From Octopus sinensis (lineage: Eukaryota), in assembly GCF_006345805.1 (NCBI RefSeq), contig NC_043011.1:56928464-56992463 (forward strand): a stretch of DNA of 64,000 bases, written 5' to 3'. The notes under the pieces are model-generated. The model did not search any database. It saw only the letters and a program-made list of their open reading frames with translations, and was not told the DNA's origin. This document shows positions 24,546 to 37,880 of the stretch, in pieces; the first letter of the stretch is position 1; every line of letters begins with the position of its first letter. A program made the position numbers and the translations under genes.

Positions 24546-25814
24546 ATAGTTATTAGTTGCTTCTGTTGTAGAATTAATCCTACAACCCTCTGCTGGTTTA
24601 TACATTATGTCTGGTTGTACATTTTGCTTTACTCTGTCTTATTCCTACCAAAAATGACTAATGTCTTTCGTTTTTTTTGAACGACGGAATGGAATCTATC
24701 AATTCTACTGGTTCATCCCTATTGAGAGAAGCCAGTGAACTTCGTTTCCTGGTTGCTGTTCTCAGCTAAGTTAAATTGTTTAAGATAGATTACTTGTCAA
24801 CTGGACATCAAGATATTTGAAGAAAGAAAAAAAATATATAAAAATTGTTTTTCCTTCTTTCAAAATTTCAACTATATTAGCTTCGAAGATTTGATATTTA
24901 TCTCTGCAAACTTTCATTTATTTTAGTCTAGTTTTATTTGATGTTTGAGCTAATTATGAATTATCTACCAACTAATTAGCTGTAAGTAGAGATTTTATTG
25001 TGAATTAATGCCTAATATATTTTGTTAATCAGGTTTCAGTGAGTAACTGCGTGTCTTTGCTTGATTATCTATGTACATACGCACGCACGTACGTACGTAC
25101 GTACGTATGTACATATGTACTTATGTATGTACATACGTATGTACTACATACACATGTATGCACATATAGATGTGTGTATGTATATGTGTGCATGTATGTA
25201 TGTACTTGTGCACATGCATCAGTATACGTATGTGTGTTTACTGCTAGTGAGCTGATATTGGAGTCAAGACGAATTAGGAAGTGTTTTGTAGATCTGCTAA
25301 TGAACCAATGAATCACTGTTTTTGTTTTATTTCATTTTCGTGGAGGGGGTTTTGGGGTTTTTTTTTTTGCATATTCTTATTTTTTTATTTACATCTTTAC
25401 TTTAATTTCATCAATAGTTTCACTCTTGGTATTTCTAGGAAGTTGTTTTGATTAGATTAGCCTTTGAAGATTATATTAAAGGGTTAATGAGACAAGGTGG
25501 TGATTAGACAAGTGTTTTAAATAATACAGTCACTGACACAAACTCACTGTTGATATTTGCAACACACTCAACGAATCTAATGAGAAGTTTAAATTATAAA
25601 ATTTCATTTTATGACAGATACTTTTTCTAAATATATTTCCTCTTATAATTATCGGTGTTGAGAGTAATGTCTGGCTGAAAGTTTACAAACTCTCAGACAT
25701 CACTATTGATTAATTAGTGGAGGTATTTACTCCGTTGACGATGTCTTTTAGTCTTTTACATGGGGAAAAAAATTACATACGTACATATGTGTGTGTATGT
25801 GTATTTTTTATGTT

Positions 25815-26390
25815 TTACTTGTTACAGTCGTTAGACTGTGGTCATGCTGGAGCATTGCCTTGAAAAGGTTTTAGTGAAATATAATTGATCCCAGTTCCTA
25901 TTTCCTTTTTTTTTTTTAAGCCTGGTATTTATTCTGTCAGTCTTTTTGTCAAACGACTAAGTTACAGGGCCATAAACATACCAACACTGGTTTGTCGACC
26001 AATGATGAGGGACAAAAACAGACATAAACACACACATATAGGTGTGTGCGTTTATATATATATATATATAAATATATATATATACCATCATCTTTGTTTA
26101 ATGTCCGTTTTCCATGCTGGCTCCAATCTGATCTGGCACTGTTTCTACAGCTGGATGCCCTTCCTAACGCCAACCACTCTGAGAGCATAGTGGGTGGTTT
26201 TTATGTACCACCGGCATGGGAGCTAGTCAGATATACATGGCAGGCTTCTTTTAGTTTCCGTCTATCAAATTCACTCACAAGGCTTTGGTCAGCCTGAGGC
26301 TGTTGCAGAAGACACTTGCCCAAGGTGCCATGCAGTGGGACTGAACCTAGTACCATGTAGTTGGGAAGCAAGCTTTTTATACACACGATA
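25815..26390 (-). mobile_element. Family A SINE with a family D fragment nested in its internal microsatellite
   Basis: 3' half 25815-26030, (TA)n, D fragment about 26085-26225, head about 26235-26385. Confidence 0.7.
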
Positions 26391-26749
26391 AGCGAGAACC
26401 ACAAAACTATTTATATTTTGAGAATCGATCCTGGTTCTTTGAAAATGTTTTCAATATAATCCCTAGAGACAGGTTGAATGTTTACTGACATTTCACCCGT
26501 CTTTATGTTCTAGGCTCAAATTTTGCCAAGGTCAACTTTGCCTTTCATCCTTTCAAGGTCAATAAAATGGGGACCAGTCCAGGGCACTGGGAAGGGGAGG
26601 GGAGGGGTCGATGTAATTGACTTAGCCCCTCCCTTGAAATTGTTGGCCTTGTGCCAAAATTTGGAAACAATATGGTCCTTAAGAGTTTATTTTCTTTTTT
26701 TATTTACCATTGGATGTTTGTTTTAGATTCTATTTTAATGAATAACTTA

Positions 26750-27050
26750 TAAATTTACATGGCAGATGGAAACTGTGTGGAACCTTATATATATGCATGT
26801 GTGTATGTGGGTGTTTTTTGTGTGTCCTTCTGCCACCACTTGACAATCAGTGTTGGTTTGTTTGCATCCCTGTCACTTAGTGGTTCAGCAAAGGCGACTG
26901 TTAGAATGAGTACCAGACTAAATAAAAGTTTTTAAAAAAAGCAAAAAAAGAAAAGTATTGGGATCAATCTATTTGACTAAAACCCTTCAAGGGGAGGGGG
27001 TGCTCCAGCATGGCCACATCCCAATGACTGAAACAAGTAAAAGGCAAAAT
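26750..27050 (+). mobile_element. Family A SINE, 3' part
   Basis: GATGGAAACTG..CCACTTGACAATCAGTGTTGG..TGCTCCAGCATGGCCAC..GACTGAAACAAGTAAAAGG. Confidence 0.7.
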
Positions 27051-27216
27051 TCTTTGCAGCTCAAGCTTTTATCGTAGGTCTTCTTGCGATCATGGCAAAC
27101 TTGAAACTAAACAGCAGCAGCTGTGTGTGTATGTATATATATATATGTGTGTATATATATGCAGGTATATATTTATGTATATATGTATAAATATATATGT
27201 GTATATATATATATAC

Positions 27217-27291
<75 letters not shown>

Positions 27292-27611
27292 TTGTACAAC
27301 AACAACAACAGTAACAGCAGCAGCAACAACTGGCCTCTGTTGTCAGTAGAACCAATATTTGTAACGAGGGAGGGGTGGGGGGTGGTTTGTGGTTCTTTAC
27401 AACTTTGGACCATAGCAAGGTAGAAAAAGATTATCGGAACTGATAGTGTTTGTTGTGGCAGCGTGTGCGGGAGGCATTTTAGGTTTTTCCTGGTGAGGTT
27501 CGGGGTCGGTCAGTGAGTATTTCGTGGTTGGACTGGTTTTTGCCTTTGAACCTTTTCTCACAAGTTGGGCAAGATCACATTAGTTGCTGCCTGACGTTTA
27601 GATACAGTTTG

Positions 27612-27644
<33 letters not shown>

Positions 27645-27857
27645 ATATATATAGACATGCATAAATGTATACAAGTATATGGCTTCTGTTGTTTCACAGT
27701 TGAGTGGCTGGTGCTAGAAAGAGCACTGAGCCATCAAATATTTTCTTTTACATCAAGCACTTATGAAAATGTCTTAATTTGAAAGAAGAAAAAAAAAACA
27801 AACGTAACTCAAGCCAATATCAACAACAGCCAGCAAAATGAGAAAAACAATGTGTGT

Positions 27858-27891
<34 letters not shown>

Positions 27892-28579
27892 GGCAAGTTG
27901 GTCAACATCTCTGTTTCTTGTGAAGTATGCTGGTAACTGTATTTCTGAAACAATGTGAGATTAACTTAGAAACACAACGAGAGCAACTACAAGACAAAAT
28001 AAGACACATCAAAGAATTGTGAGTATGAGTTAGAGATATAGATGTGTGTGTGTGTGTGTGAACATTTGTATGTACATATGTATGATGTGTTTGTGACTTG
28101 CACTAGTTCCATCAACCTACACTCTCACACATACGCACACACATACATACATATATACCTGCACCAAACACTCGTTAACCTCTCAAACAGACCAAACTCT
28201 GCCGGAGATATATTAACATCAGTATCATAGGTGACAGACGTAACTTCCTTGACCTGAATGTTACCTGCAGCAGGTGTGTATATATGCATTTGTGTGTGTG
28301 TGTGCGTGTGCATATATTAATACACACATACACACACACACGCAAATTACTTTTAGTCCGTTGTAACACTGAACACACATTTACAAACATGCTACCTGTA
28401 ACAGGTGCATGTGCATATATATATATATACACACATGCACATAGATGTGTGTGTGGTTGTGATGTATGGATGTCTCTCTCCTTCTCTCTCTCTCTCTCTC
28501 TCCTCTGTCAGTTTTGTCCATCTTAAGAATAAAAACCCATACATTTAGGAACACATGCAGCCATAAAGAAGCTTCATAA

Positions 28580-28612
28580 AACAACACACACACACACACA
28601 CACGCGCGCGCG

Positions 28613-28666
<54 letters not shown>

Positions 28667-28667
28667 C

Positions 28668-28698
<31 letters not shown>

Positions 28699-28710
28699 AA
28701 CGCACACACA

Positions 28711-28778
<68 letters not shown>

Positions 28779-28780
28779 AG
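28580..28780. repeat. (CA)n/(CG)n/(GA)n compound microsatellite
   Basis: Directly visible, about 200 bp. Confidence 0.9.
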
Positions 28781-28989
28781 TGTTTCCGAAACAAAGCAAA
28801 AAAATGGCAAAGCCAGACACTCACAAACACATAAATCAATTATTCCTCTGAACACATAACTAATTTAGAACTAATACTCTTGTTGTTGTTGTTGTTGTTC
28901 TTGTTGTTTCTTTTGGTTTTTTCTTTTTGTTTTTGGTTATTTGTGTGCTTATTCTTAACTCGATTCTGTAGTATTTTTCACTAATTCAC

Positions 28990-29094
28990 TTGTACACACA
29001 CACACACACACACGTGTGTGTTTATACATATGTTTGTATGCATGCATATATATGCATGTGTATACATATGTATATATGTATGTGTATATATATA

Positions 29095-29139
<45 letters not shown>

Positions 29140-29360
29140 GTATATTTATATGTGTGTGTATATATATATGTATTTATATTTGTGAGTGTATGTATATATA
29201 TATGTGTGTGTGTGTGTGTATGTATATATGTGTATATATATATGTATATATATGCATGTATATATATATGTATGTATATATGTATGTATATATGTATGTA
29301 TATATATATATATATATATGTATAAATATATGTGTGTGTGTGTGTGTGTGTGTGTACACA
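28990..29360. repeat. (TA)n/(TG)n/(TATG)n compound microsatellite
   Basis: Directly visible. Confidence 0.9.
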
Positions 29361-29584
29361 TGCTCACATAACAGAAACTGGTGTTTTGAAGCATTAAGGG
29401 GTAGTTAAGAAATAAAACAATGCCAATGATTCCATCTGTAAATTGGTAAAACATTTCTATTTGTTTGTCTTTTTTGCATCAAGATTTTTCCGTTTGGTTT
29501 TGAGAAAATCAGGCACCAACTGACAGCAGTGTTTTTACCGTCTCAATTTGTAATACAAACATGAAGGTCTTCTTAGGATTAGGC

Positions 29585-29960
29585 ACAAGCATAGCCATGT
29601 GGTTAAAAGTTTGCTTCCCATCCACAGGGTTTCAGGTTCATTCCTACTGCATGCCACCTTGGATAAGTGTCTTATACTACAGCCCCAGGGCTGACCAAAT
29701 CTTTTTTAGGGAATTTCGTAGAATTTGGTATGTCTGAGGATATTTGTATGTATGTGTGCATGTCTTTGTGTCCTCACCCCACTGCTTGACAGCTGCTGTT
29801 GGTTTGTTTACATTCCCATAACTTGGCAGTTTGGCAAAAAAGATCAATATAGTAAATACCTGACTAAAATAAATACTGTGGTTGATTTGTTCAACCATAA
29901 ACCTTTCAGACTGGTGCCCCAGCATGAACGCAGTGACTGAAAAAAAAAAAAGGCAAAAGA
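29585..29960 (+). mobile_element. Family A SINE, decayed full length
   Basis: TAGCCATGTGGTTAAAAGTTTGCTTCCC..GGTTCATTCCTACTGC..CTGCTTGACAGC..CCCCAGCATG. Confidence 0.7.
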
Positions 29961-31022
29961 TATCTTTCTACCATCACTGCTACATTGTCCCCACCACCAA
30001 TCCTGTAGTTATGGGGATAGGGAAGTTGTGCTCATAAATCTTTTCAAGTCCTCCAGAACTGGTGAGATGGAGAGAGTGAGGTGCCATCAGATTGAAGACC
30101 TGACCTAAATACTTGCAGCAGAGTGGACTCTGCTAAAATTGTCTAAAGAGCAAGCCTTGACCATCATCATCATCATCATCATCATCATCATAATAATATC
30201 CACTTACCCATGCATGTTTAAGACAGACAGAATTTATTGAGACAGATTTTCTACAACTGGATGCCTTTCCTGTTGCCAACCCTTACCTGAGCATGGTAAT
30301 AATTCTCCATGGTTGGGAACACTGCTTGTATGATGGTGTCACTCATTTACAACTGTCATGCAATGTCAAAACAAGCGCACACACACACACATACATGACA
30401 GGCTTCTTTCAGTTTCCATCTGCAAAATTCACTCACAAGGCTGTGGTCAGTCTGGAGCTGTAGTAGAAGACACTTGCCTATGGAGTTGTACAGTGGGACT
30501 GAACCCAAAACCATGTGTTTGGGGGGAGCAAACCCTTTAAATACTCAGCCATGCTTAAACCTCCTCACAGTCCTTTGTAATAATGGAAATATTTTTTTCT
30601 TTTTGCTGGTCAAATGAAAAATTTAAGACCAGTAGAACCACATTGGCTTAAAATAGTCCAAGACAATATGCCACTACTTAGAAGAATTGGAATGAAACTT
30701 ACGAAACTACTTCGCATATAAAAAAAAACAATACTTCCTCATTATTCTTCACAACACTGAATTATTACCATATTCTAAAAGCCTTCTGAAATGTTTCTAT
30801 AAAACAGATGCTGTATCAATTTAGCATAACATGATCAAGGGGAATTGCAATAAACCCCATGTGATGTCACAGAGGAAACACAAAAGCATTATTTAGAGCA
30901 GTGTTCTATTGATTTGCTTCCCCAATGAAAAATTACGACTGCAATGATTGATGCTTGTCTATGAAACCGCTGGTATGGTATACTTATCACTACTGAACAC
31001 ATCATCATATTTTATCATTTAA

Positions 31023-31243
31023 CCCTTTCATTACTGTATTTATTTTGAGATGCTTGTGTTTCTTTCAATTAATTTTAAATATAACAAAGAATTTAGTAAA
31101 ATAACTTAGTTACCATTTAGCTAGTGTTAGGAACATAAATTGTGACTAAGGTTTGGTGGAAGATTTTTAATTCAAAACTTTTTAAAACAAAACATTTGTA
31201 CTCAGAGCCAGAGCTGGTTTCAGCCGGGTTAGTAATGAAAGGG
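31023..31243 (-). mobile_element. piggyBac-type MITE, family E, inverted relative to the other two copies
   Basis: TTAA at 31019-31022 and 31244-31247; ends CCCTTTCATTAC / GTAATGAAAGGG. Confidence 0.85.
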
Positions 31244-31400
31244 TTAATGTCCATTGTCCATGCTGGCATGGGTTGGTCAGTTTGATCAGAACTGGCAAGC
31301 TGGGGTTCCAGTCTGATTTGGCTTGGTTTTTACAGCTGGAGGCCCTTCCTAGCACCAACCACTTTACAGAGTGTGCACTGGGCGCTTTTATGTGGCACCA
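31244..31400 (-). mobile_element. Family D element (interrupted by the MITE at its TTAA)
   Basis: TTAATGTCCATTGTCCATGCTGGCATGGGTTGG..CAGCTGGAGGCCCTTCCTAGCACC. Confidence 0.75.
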
Positions 31401-33611
31401 CACTTTCCATACACATAAAGTTTAAATACATGTGTCTTTGCTTTTCCAGAAAGAAAGATTAACACTATTAACCTGTTAAACAGTAACATAAAGATTATGA
31501 ATGTTCATGGGCAACATTAACCTCATGACCTACCAGTAATGCAAGTGGGTATTAACCTGCACATGTGGTTTCAATTACCATTGGTTCTCTGCCATTTTCA
31601 CTTTCTTTTAAATTCTTCCTTTTTAATCAATTCCATTATTCACATTCGGTTTCCTATGTGTTATGCGTAAGTCCAAATATGTTATGATTTGCTGCTTGAA
31701 AATCCACAGAGAAAAAAAAACACATCATTTGTTTATCTAAACTATGGCAAACTTTGATGTGGTCAATAGATAAGCTAATTCCAGTTGCTATGCACACAGC
31801 ATGAAAGCAAGACAGCCAGAAAGCTGAAAGAACCAATAGACTTTGTCAGGCTCCATTTAGCAGTGGTAAATAAGCAAGAAATATTTGCCAGTTAGTCAGA
31901 CAACTATCACAATAGCGTGGCCGGGTAGTTAAGCAGGATGATGTGAATTCGTTTTGCAAATGTTTTCTGTCACAAGTTACTGCTTCAACTAATTTCTAGC
32001 TTATCACAAACATTGTCAGCAATCTCCTTTTTACGTCATGTGTCTACTGTACATATGTTGCACTTTAGTTAAGAAACTCTGCAGTGAGTCGGTTCATAGG
32101 AACTGGACAGAGGGTTAAGCTACAACTGACAAGGAAACCTCCTCTATATTGCCACTGATCCTGCTAAAAATAGCAGCCAAATTTCCCTCATATCCCATTC
32201 CTGTCATCTTAAAAGACAAGACAAAACAGATTTGTGCTGCATTTCTTTTGAGTAATAAAAAATTTTGTTTGCTTTCAGGAAGTGGAGCTTGACAGTTTTT
32301 GTGTGGTCAAGCATATTTTCTTCTGGTATTGTTGTTAAGCCCCCAAGTTAGCTGTGGTTAAGTAGACCTATGATCAAAGTCACTGCATCCACGACCATTC
32401 CGTCATAATGTGTCTTTTTCTTAATAGAAATACAGATACCTTTTCGAGATGATAGGATGTGGCAGAAGTGTTTTGCCAGCTCTTTCTATCAATTTGAGGG
32501 TTAATGACAACATCGAGGTTCCTTGGCACAGTAGACAATACTCTATTATTCCTTAACAACAGAGCAAGTTTAGAAAAGGGGGAGAGTGATTCAGTCACGG
32601 AGTGTCAAATTAATTGGAATTTGACATCTGGTTAAGTGGTTTATTTTGTTGAGATCAATTCCCCTCATTTAAAAATAAATGAACTGTCAATCGAAGCAAA
32701 TAGTCAATATTTCCTTCCATTTTTTAAAATTATTTATTTATTTATTTATTCTTAAAAATATTTTTATATGTGTCTCAGAACATTTGTGCGACTAACCAAG
32801 TCTCAGTCAGAAACATCTACTTTTAATCAGTGTATCAGGTGTTTGCCATTATATCATCATCATCATCATCATCATCACACATCTACTTTTCATTTTTCGC
32901 ATACAGGATACTGTTTTAACAGTACCTGATGGTCTTGCTCCAGAGTCTCAAGTTTGACTTAGTTTCTTTGGCTGGATGCCCTTCTGAATAACAACTATTT
33001 CACAGAATATATTAGCCGGATTGTATCCATTGCACCAGCTCAGAAGAGGTTGTCTCGCCTTCAGCAAGACTCAAAAGCTTCCTCAAACTCTGCGTTGTCT
33101 CTGCTGAATTCTGTAAGCACTTGACAGAGGGTATTGAGTGCCTTTTACATGCTACTAGCACTTGTGAGGTTACCTTGCGTCTCACAGGTGAAAGAGTCTT
33201 CACTGAAAGAGAGAGAGAGAGAGACTGATGGCTTTAGAAGAGTGAGGGATTACAGTATGATGGTGGGAACAAATTGGTTGGTGTGAGAGAGTAAGAGAGG
33301 CTGTGGAAGAAGAGGTACCAAGAGCATATTCTGAAAGGAACATACCCCAGGAGATGAATGGAGGGGAGAGATGGTGGTAGAAGACTTCAGTGGGGTGTAT
33401 AGAAAGAAAGATGAAGAGGATGCAGTGGGCATAAGGTGAATGCTTTCCTCTCAATTACAGGTGATTTGGTGTGATGAGCAGAAAAGACAATTGAATATGG
33501 AGTAAGTAGTAGGGAGAGGAGGAGCACATAACCCCCCCTCCACTGTTTTAGCAGGCATTTTAACAAGCTTGTGTTATATATATCCACATGTGTGTGTGTG
33601 TGTGTGTGTGT

Positions 33612-33844
33612 GTAAGATTTCATTTAGGCTTAGTGATACTGATAACCTGGTGTTAGAACTCAATATACCTGTACTTCAGAATAAAATGTTCGTCGAGTAC
33701 AGGGCATAATATGAAATTAAACAAATGATAAGGAAACAAGAATTGCATAATCAACTTCATTAGCTTACAGCTGTTTCTGCTATAAAATGAAATGCACTCA
33801 GAGCTGAATGCCTGTGCATCACCTTATAATAGTTTCCTTGGCAC
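33612..33844. repeat. Local direct repeat, copy 1 (partner 35482-35711)
   Basis: About 233 bp with four substitutions and one 3-bp indel between copies; both start directly after a (TG)n tract. Confidence 0.9.
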
Positions 33845-33881
33845 AAGCACTCAACTCTGAATGCACTGCATCTTATAGCAG
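33777..33881 (-). ncRNA. Candidate long RNA hairpin (pre-miRNA-like or foldback)
   Basis: 41-nt arms and a 23-nt loop; on the minus strand 40 of 41 positions pair (34 Watson-Crick, 6 G:U). Expression unknown. Confidence 0.35.
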
Positions 33882-35049
33882 AATCTTTTTCTTACAAAAT
33901 GCCTGGAGAACTGTAAATTATAGACATTGTGAATGCCAATCGATAATTTAAGGCCAAAAAGCAATGAATACTGCAGAACAAGAAGCAAGCAGGCTCAAGA
34001 ACCAGTTTCAGTTTTTAGTTGAATCATGACATGTATTTTTATGTTTAGATCCTTTGTGCTGATGGTTCAAATCTTGCCATGGTCAGCTTGGTCATTCATC
34101 ATTTCAGGGTTAGAGTGGGGTAGGGGTTCTACAACATCATAAGAGATGCTTTCTAGTATCTGTTCTGGTGCTGTCCATTTTGAGTTTAAAATCTTGTCTA
34201 GACCATCATTAGAATGAAGTAACCTCTCCTGGATCTGCCACAGGGGCCAGTCCTTGCTTCAGTGTAGTGGCCTGTATGTCTTAATGACCCTGAGAGCTTT
34301 GCCAGAGCCTCCCATGCTGGACAGCTCAGAGGATTGAGGCCAGACTAATATGGACCATCACTTCCCAGAGGCAAAAATGGGTTTGTGTAGGGCTAAGCAA
34401 AGGTGCAGAAGCATTGCTGACATTCCAAAGAGAAAAACTTAAAATTGGAGGGGTCAGCCCAGAGTGAAGAACAGTGGAGGAAAGCCATTGATGGCCTTTT
34501 GCTCCATTGGGATTGAAGGGCCTAATTAAATGGTAAGTACATTATTGTTTAAGGGCAATAACAAAAGAACCATGAAAACAAGTTATCTTTTTTAGTTTAG
34601 TGTAATGAGATTCACAGAGTGAGACAAGAAAGAAAATTGAAAAGAGGATTTGAGGTTATCTCTCTGCAGTCTGGCAGTGAAAATAAACATAACAGCAAAT
34701 GTGGTGGCTTTTTTTTTCTTTCTTCTTCTTTTTTTTTTGTCGTCAGATCAGCTTTGAAGTGTTTATGGTCAATAGCCAGGTGTAAGAGGTGTGTGTATGT
34801 GTGTGTGTGTGTGTGATAGGAAGACTGGATTCTGTATGTAATTAATATAATTATTGTCACCACACTTTGTAAAGACATCCTCACATAAAAGAGTTAATCT
34901 GAACAGCAGAGATAAGATACAAGTTAAAGAGATTTGTGTCTGAGAAAGAAATAATATGTGTTGCCTAGGTATTAATGAGACATGTCTGGCGGACGAGTTC
35001 TGCACTGAAATTTGTAAACATTGATGCAAAGAGGGAGTGTTGCCTACTG

Positions 35050-35430
35050 TTTCTTTTACTTGTCTCACTCATAGGACTGTGGCCTTGCTGGAGCACCGCT
35101 TCGAAGGGTTTAGTTGAACAAATCAACCCCAATATTTTTTTTTTTTTTAAGTCTGGTAATTATTCTGTTGGTCTCCTTTTCAGAACTGCTAAGTTATGGA
35201 GACATAAACAAACAAACACCGGTTGTCAAGCAGTGAAAGACAAAAACAAAGACACACATGTGCACGTGTTCACATACTCCAGGCTTCCACACAGTTTCTG
35301 TCTATCAAACTGATTGGCCTGAGGTAATAGCAGAATACACTTTCTGAAGGTGCCACACGTTAAGACTGAACCTGGAACCCCTCGGTTTCAATGTGGTCTT
35401 CTTAAACACATAGTCATGCTTGCACCTGTT
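35050..35430 (-). mobile_element. Family A SINE, decayed
   Basis: 3' half then truncated head (CAGTTTCTGTCTATC..GACTGAACCTGGAACC). Confidence 0.7.
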
Positions 35431-35481
35431 TGCTTTTGCTTCCTCAATGTAGTTGTGAGACAAGATCACGTGTGTGTGTGT

Positions 35482-35711
35482 GTAAGATTTCATTTAGGCT
35501 TAGTGATACTGATAACCTGGTGTTAGAACTCAATATACCTGTACTTCAGAATAAAATGTTCGTCGAGTACAGAGCATAATATGAAATTAAACAAATGGTA
35601 AGGAAACAAGAATTACATAATCAACTTCATTAGCTTACAGCTGTTTCTGCTATAAAATGCAATGCACTCAGAGCTGAATGCCTGTGCATCACCTTATAGT
35701 TTCCTTGGCAC
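35482..35711. repeat. Local direct repeat, copy 2
   Basis: Matches 33612-33844 and stops 4 nt into the second hairpin arm. Confidence 0.9.
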
Positions 35712-36539
35712 TTGTCATAAACAGGGGGAGAGGAGTATTATGTGCCCCTTATCGATAGACCCTCTGAAAGTGTGACCCATATGCCCAGGCCACTGTACTG
35801 TCTGGGGAAACCTTTTCTATGGCTGTTTTCAGACAACTGGTAGCACTTGTTATACTGCTAATACCTTTGTGAGAGAATTGTAATTGTCACGCAAGCTTAT
35901 TCTTCTCCTAAAACAAACAAAAAACACACAATAATAAAAATCAATATTTATGTGTAAACTACATACAAGTACACACACACACACACACACACACAAATAC
36001 AGCACAAGTAAGCACACACATACAGGATATAAGAATTATAAATTTACTGCAGATTTGACAATATTTATGGCTTATGATTAAACTATAAAACAGCGAAAAC
36101 CAAAAAGAAAATTTGGTTGTTAGTAACAGCTCAACCCACAGAGGGATACATAAGTTGCATGCACATATACGCACACATATACGCACACATAACGCACACA
36201 TACGCTCGCTCTTATAAAACCTTACTGCAATATATGATTCTGGTATAGATTTTTCTCTCCAATGATGACTAACTAGCTTAATCGTTCCCTAGCAATCAAT
36301 ATATGCTGTTCTGCATGGACATTGCCAACTAACTTTGCCAAACAGAACAAGCATGTTCAGTCATTTTTTCTCTCTCTTTTTTGCTTTTTTTTCTTCCTTA
36401 TTTTACACAGATTCTCAGTTATTTTTTGTTTTATTCTATTTTACTTTATTTAAAAAAAAAATATTTGTAATACTTTTGGGAATAAATAATTATTTGGAAA
36501 TTAATTTTTCTAAGCTATATTATACTTTGAGTTTTGAGA

Positions 36540-36890
36540 TTACAATGTTGTGTGTGTGTGTGTGTTAGTATGTGCATATGTTTGATAGAGAGTGAGTGTG
36601 TAAGGGATAAAGTGTGTGTGTGTGTGTTAGTATGTGCATGTGTATGATAGTGTGTGTGTGTGTGTGTGTAAGGGATAAAGTGTATGTGTGTGTGTAAGAA
36701 TGTATGTGTGAGTGGGTGTATGGGTGTAAATATGATGTGAGAGGGAGAGAGAGAGAGAGAATGTGTGTGAGTTGGTGTACCTGTGTGTGATGTGTAAGAG
36801 AGAGAAAGAGAGAGAGAATGTGTGTGTGTGTGAAGAGAAAGAGAGTGTGTGTATATGTGTGGAAGTGAGAGAATATGTTTGTGTTTCATT
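36540..36890. repeat. Degenerate (TG)n/(AG)n low-complexity tract
   Basis: Directly visible; internal GTAAGGGATAAAGTG unit occurs twice. Confidence 0.8.
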
Positions 36891-37519
36891 TTAGGGTTTT
36901 ACCATGTTTTTCCCCCCTGCCCTATTTTTTTTTCCCCCCAGAAAAAATTTCCTATAACAGAAAAGCATTGTAGCTGAGATTAGAGTGGTGGACGTTTGTG
37001 GCTGATATTTTGAAAATTATATCTACGACTATTGATTAAATCTATGGGGCTATTAATAAGAATTCAAATTAGAGCTTGCTGCTTTACTTGCAAACTCCCT
37101 CTTTTCATTGATAACCTTTGGCTCTTTTGGCTCACCAATGAGATGCACCCTTATCATCATCATCACCATCATTACTATTATTATTATCATTATTATTATT
37201 ATTATTATTTGACTATTTTTACTGTAGTCTCTGTTTTCAATCATTACTAATTCCATTGCAACCCCACTGAAGTCCTCTTGCAGCATCCAACGTTATCCAT
37301 CAAATTCTCTCTCTCTCTCTGTCTCTCTCTCTCTCTCTCACACACCAAATCCTGCCATTCTCTTCTGCAGTAATTTCATTCAAGACTCATTCATGCCTCT
37401 TCACCATTTATTGAATCAAGATGACCTCCACAAACTGTGAACACAGCCCTACACTTCTGACATTTGATACTCAAAGCCACAGTACAGCAAGGGAGCTAAA
37501 TATAGAAGAGGAAAACAAA

Positions 37520-37880
37520 AGGATTAAGTCAATTACATTGACCCCAGTGTGTAACTGGTACTTATTTAATCGACCCCAAAAGGATGAAAGGCAAAGTCAA
37601 CCTTGGCAGAATTTGAACTCAGAACATAACGGCAGACGAAATACCTATTTCTTTATTACCAACAAGGGGCTAAACATAGAAGGGACAAACAAGGACAGAC
37701 ATAGGTATTAAGTCGATTACATCGACTCCAGTGCGTAACTGGTACTTAATTTATCGTCCCCAAAAGATGAAAGGCAAAGTCGACCTCGGCAGAATTTGAA
37801 CTCAGAATGTAACGGCAGATGAAATACTGCTAAGCATTTCGCCTAGCATGCTAACAATTCTGCCAGCTCACTGCCTTGAA
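37520..37880 (-). mobile_element. Dimeric family C SINE
   Basis: Two CTTTGCCTTTCATC blocks on the minus strand joined by the linker GTTTAGCCCCTTGTTGGTAATAAAGAAATAGG. Confidence 0.8.

Noticed and set aside
33240-33470. Additional L2/CR1-like 3' fragments (also 6700-7000, 47700-47950, 60060-60330)
   Set aside because: Only vague motif echoes (e.g. GVCSFQNMLLVP, HGCSRELT); too decayed to call without a profile search.
34748-34782. Short exon candidate after a strong pyrimidine tract
   Set aside because: Donor sites are weak or ambiguous (CAG|GTGTAA or GGT|GTAAGA) and no branch point is evident.
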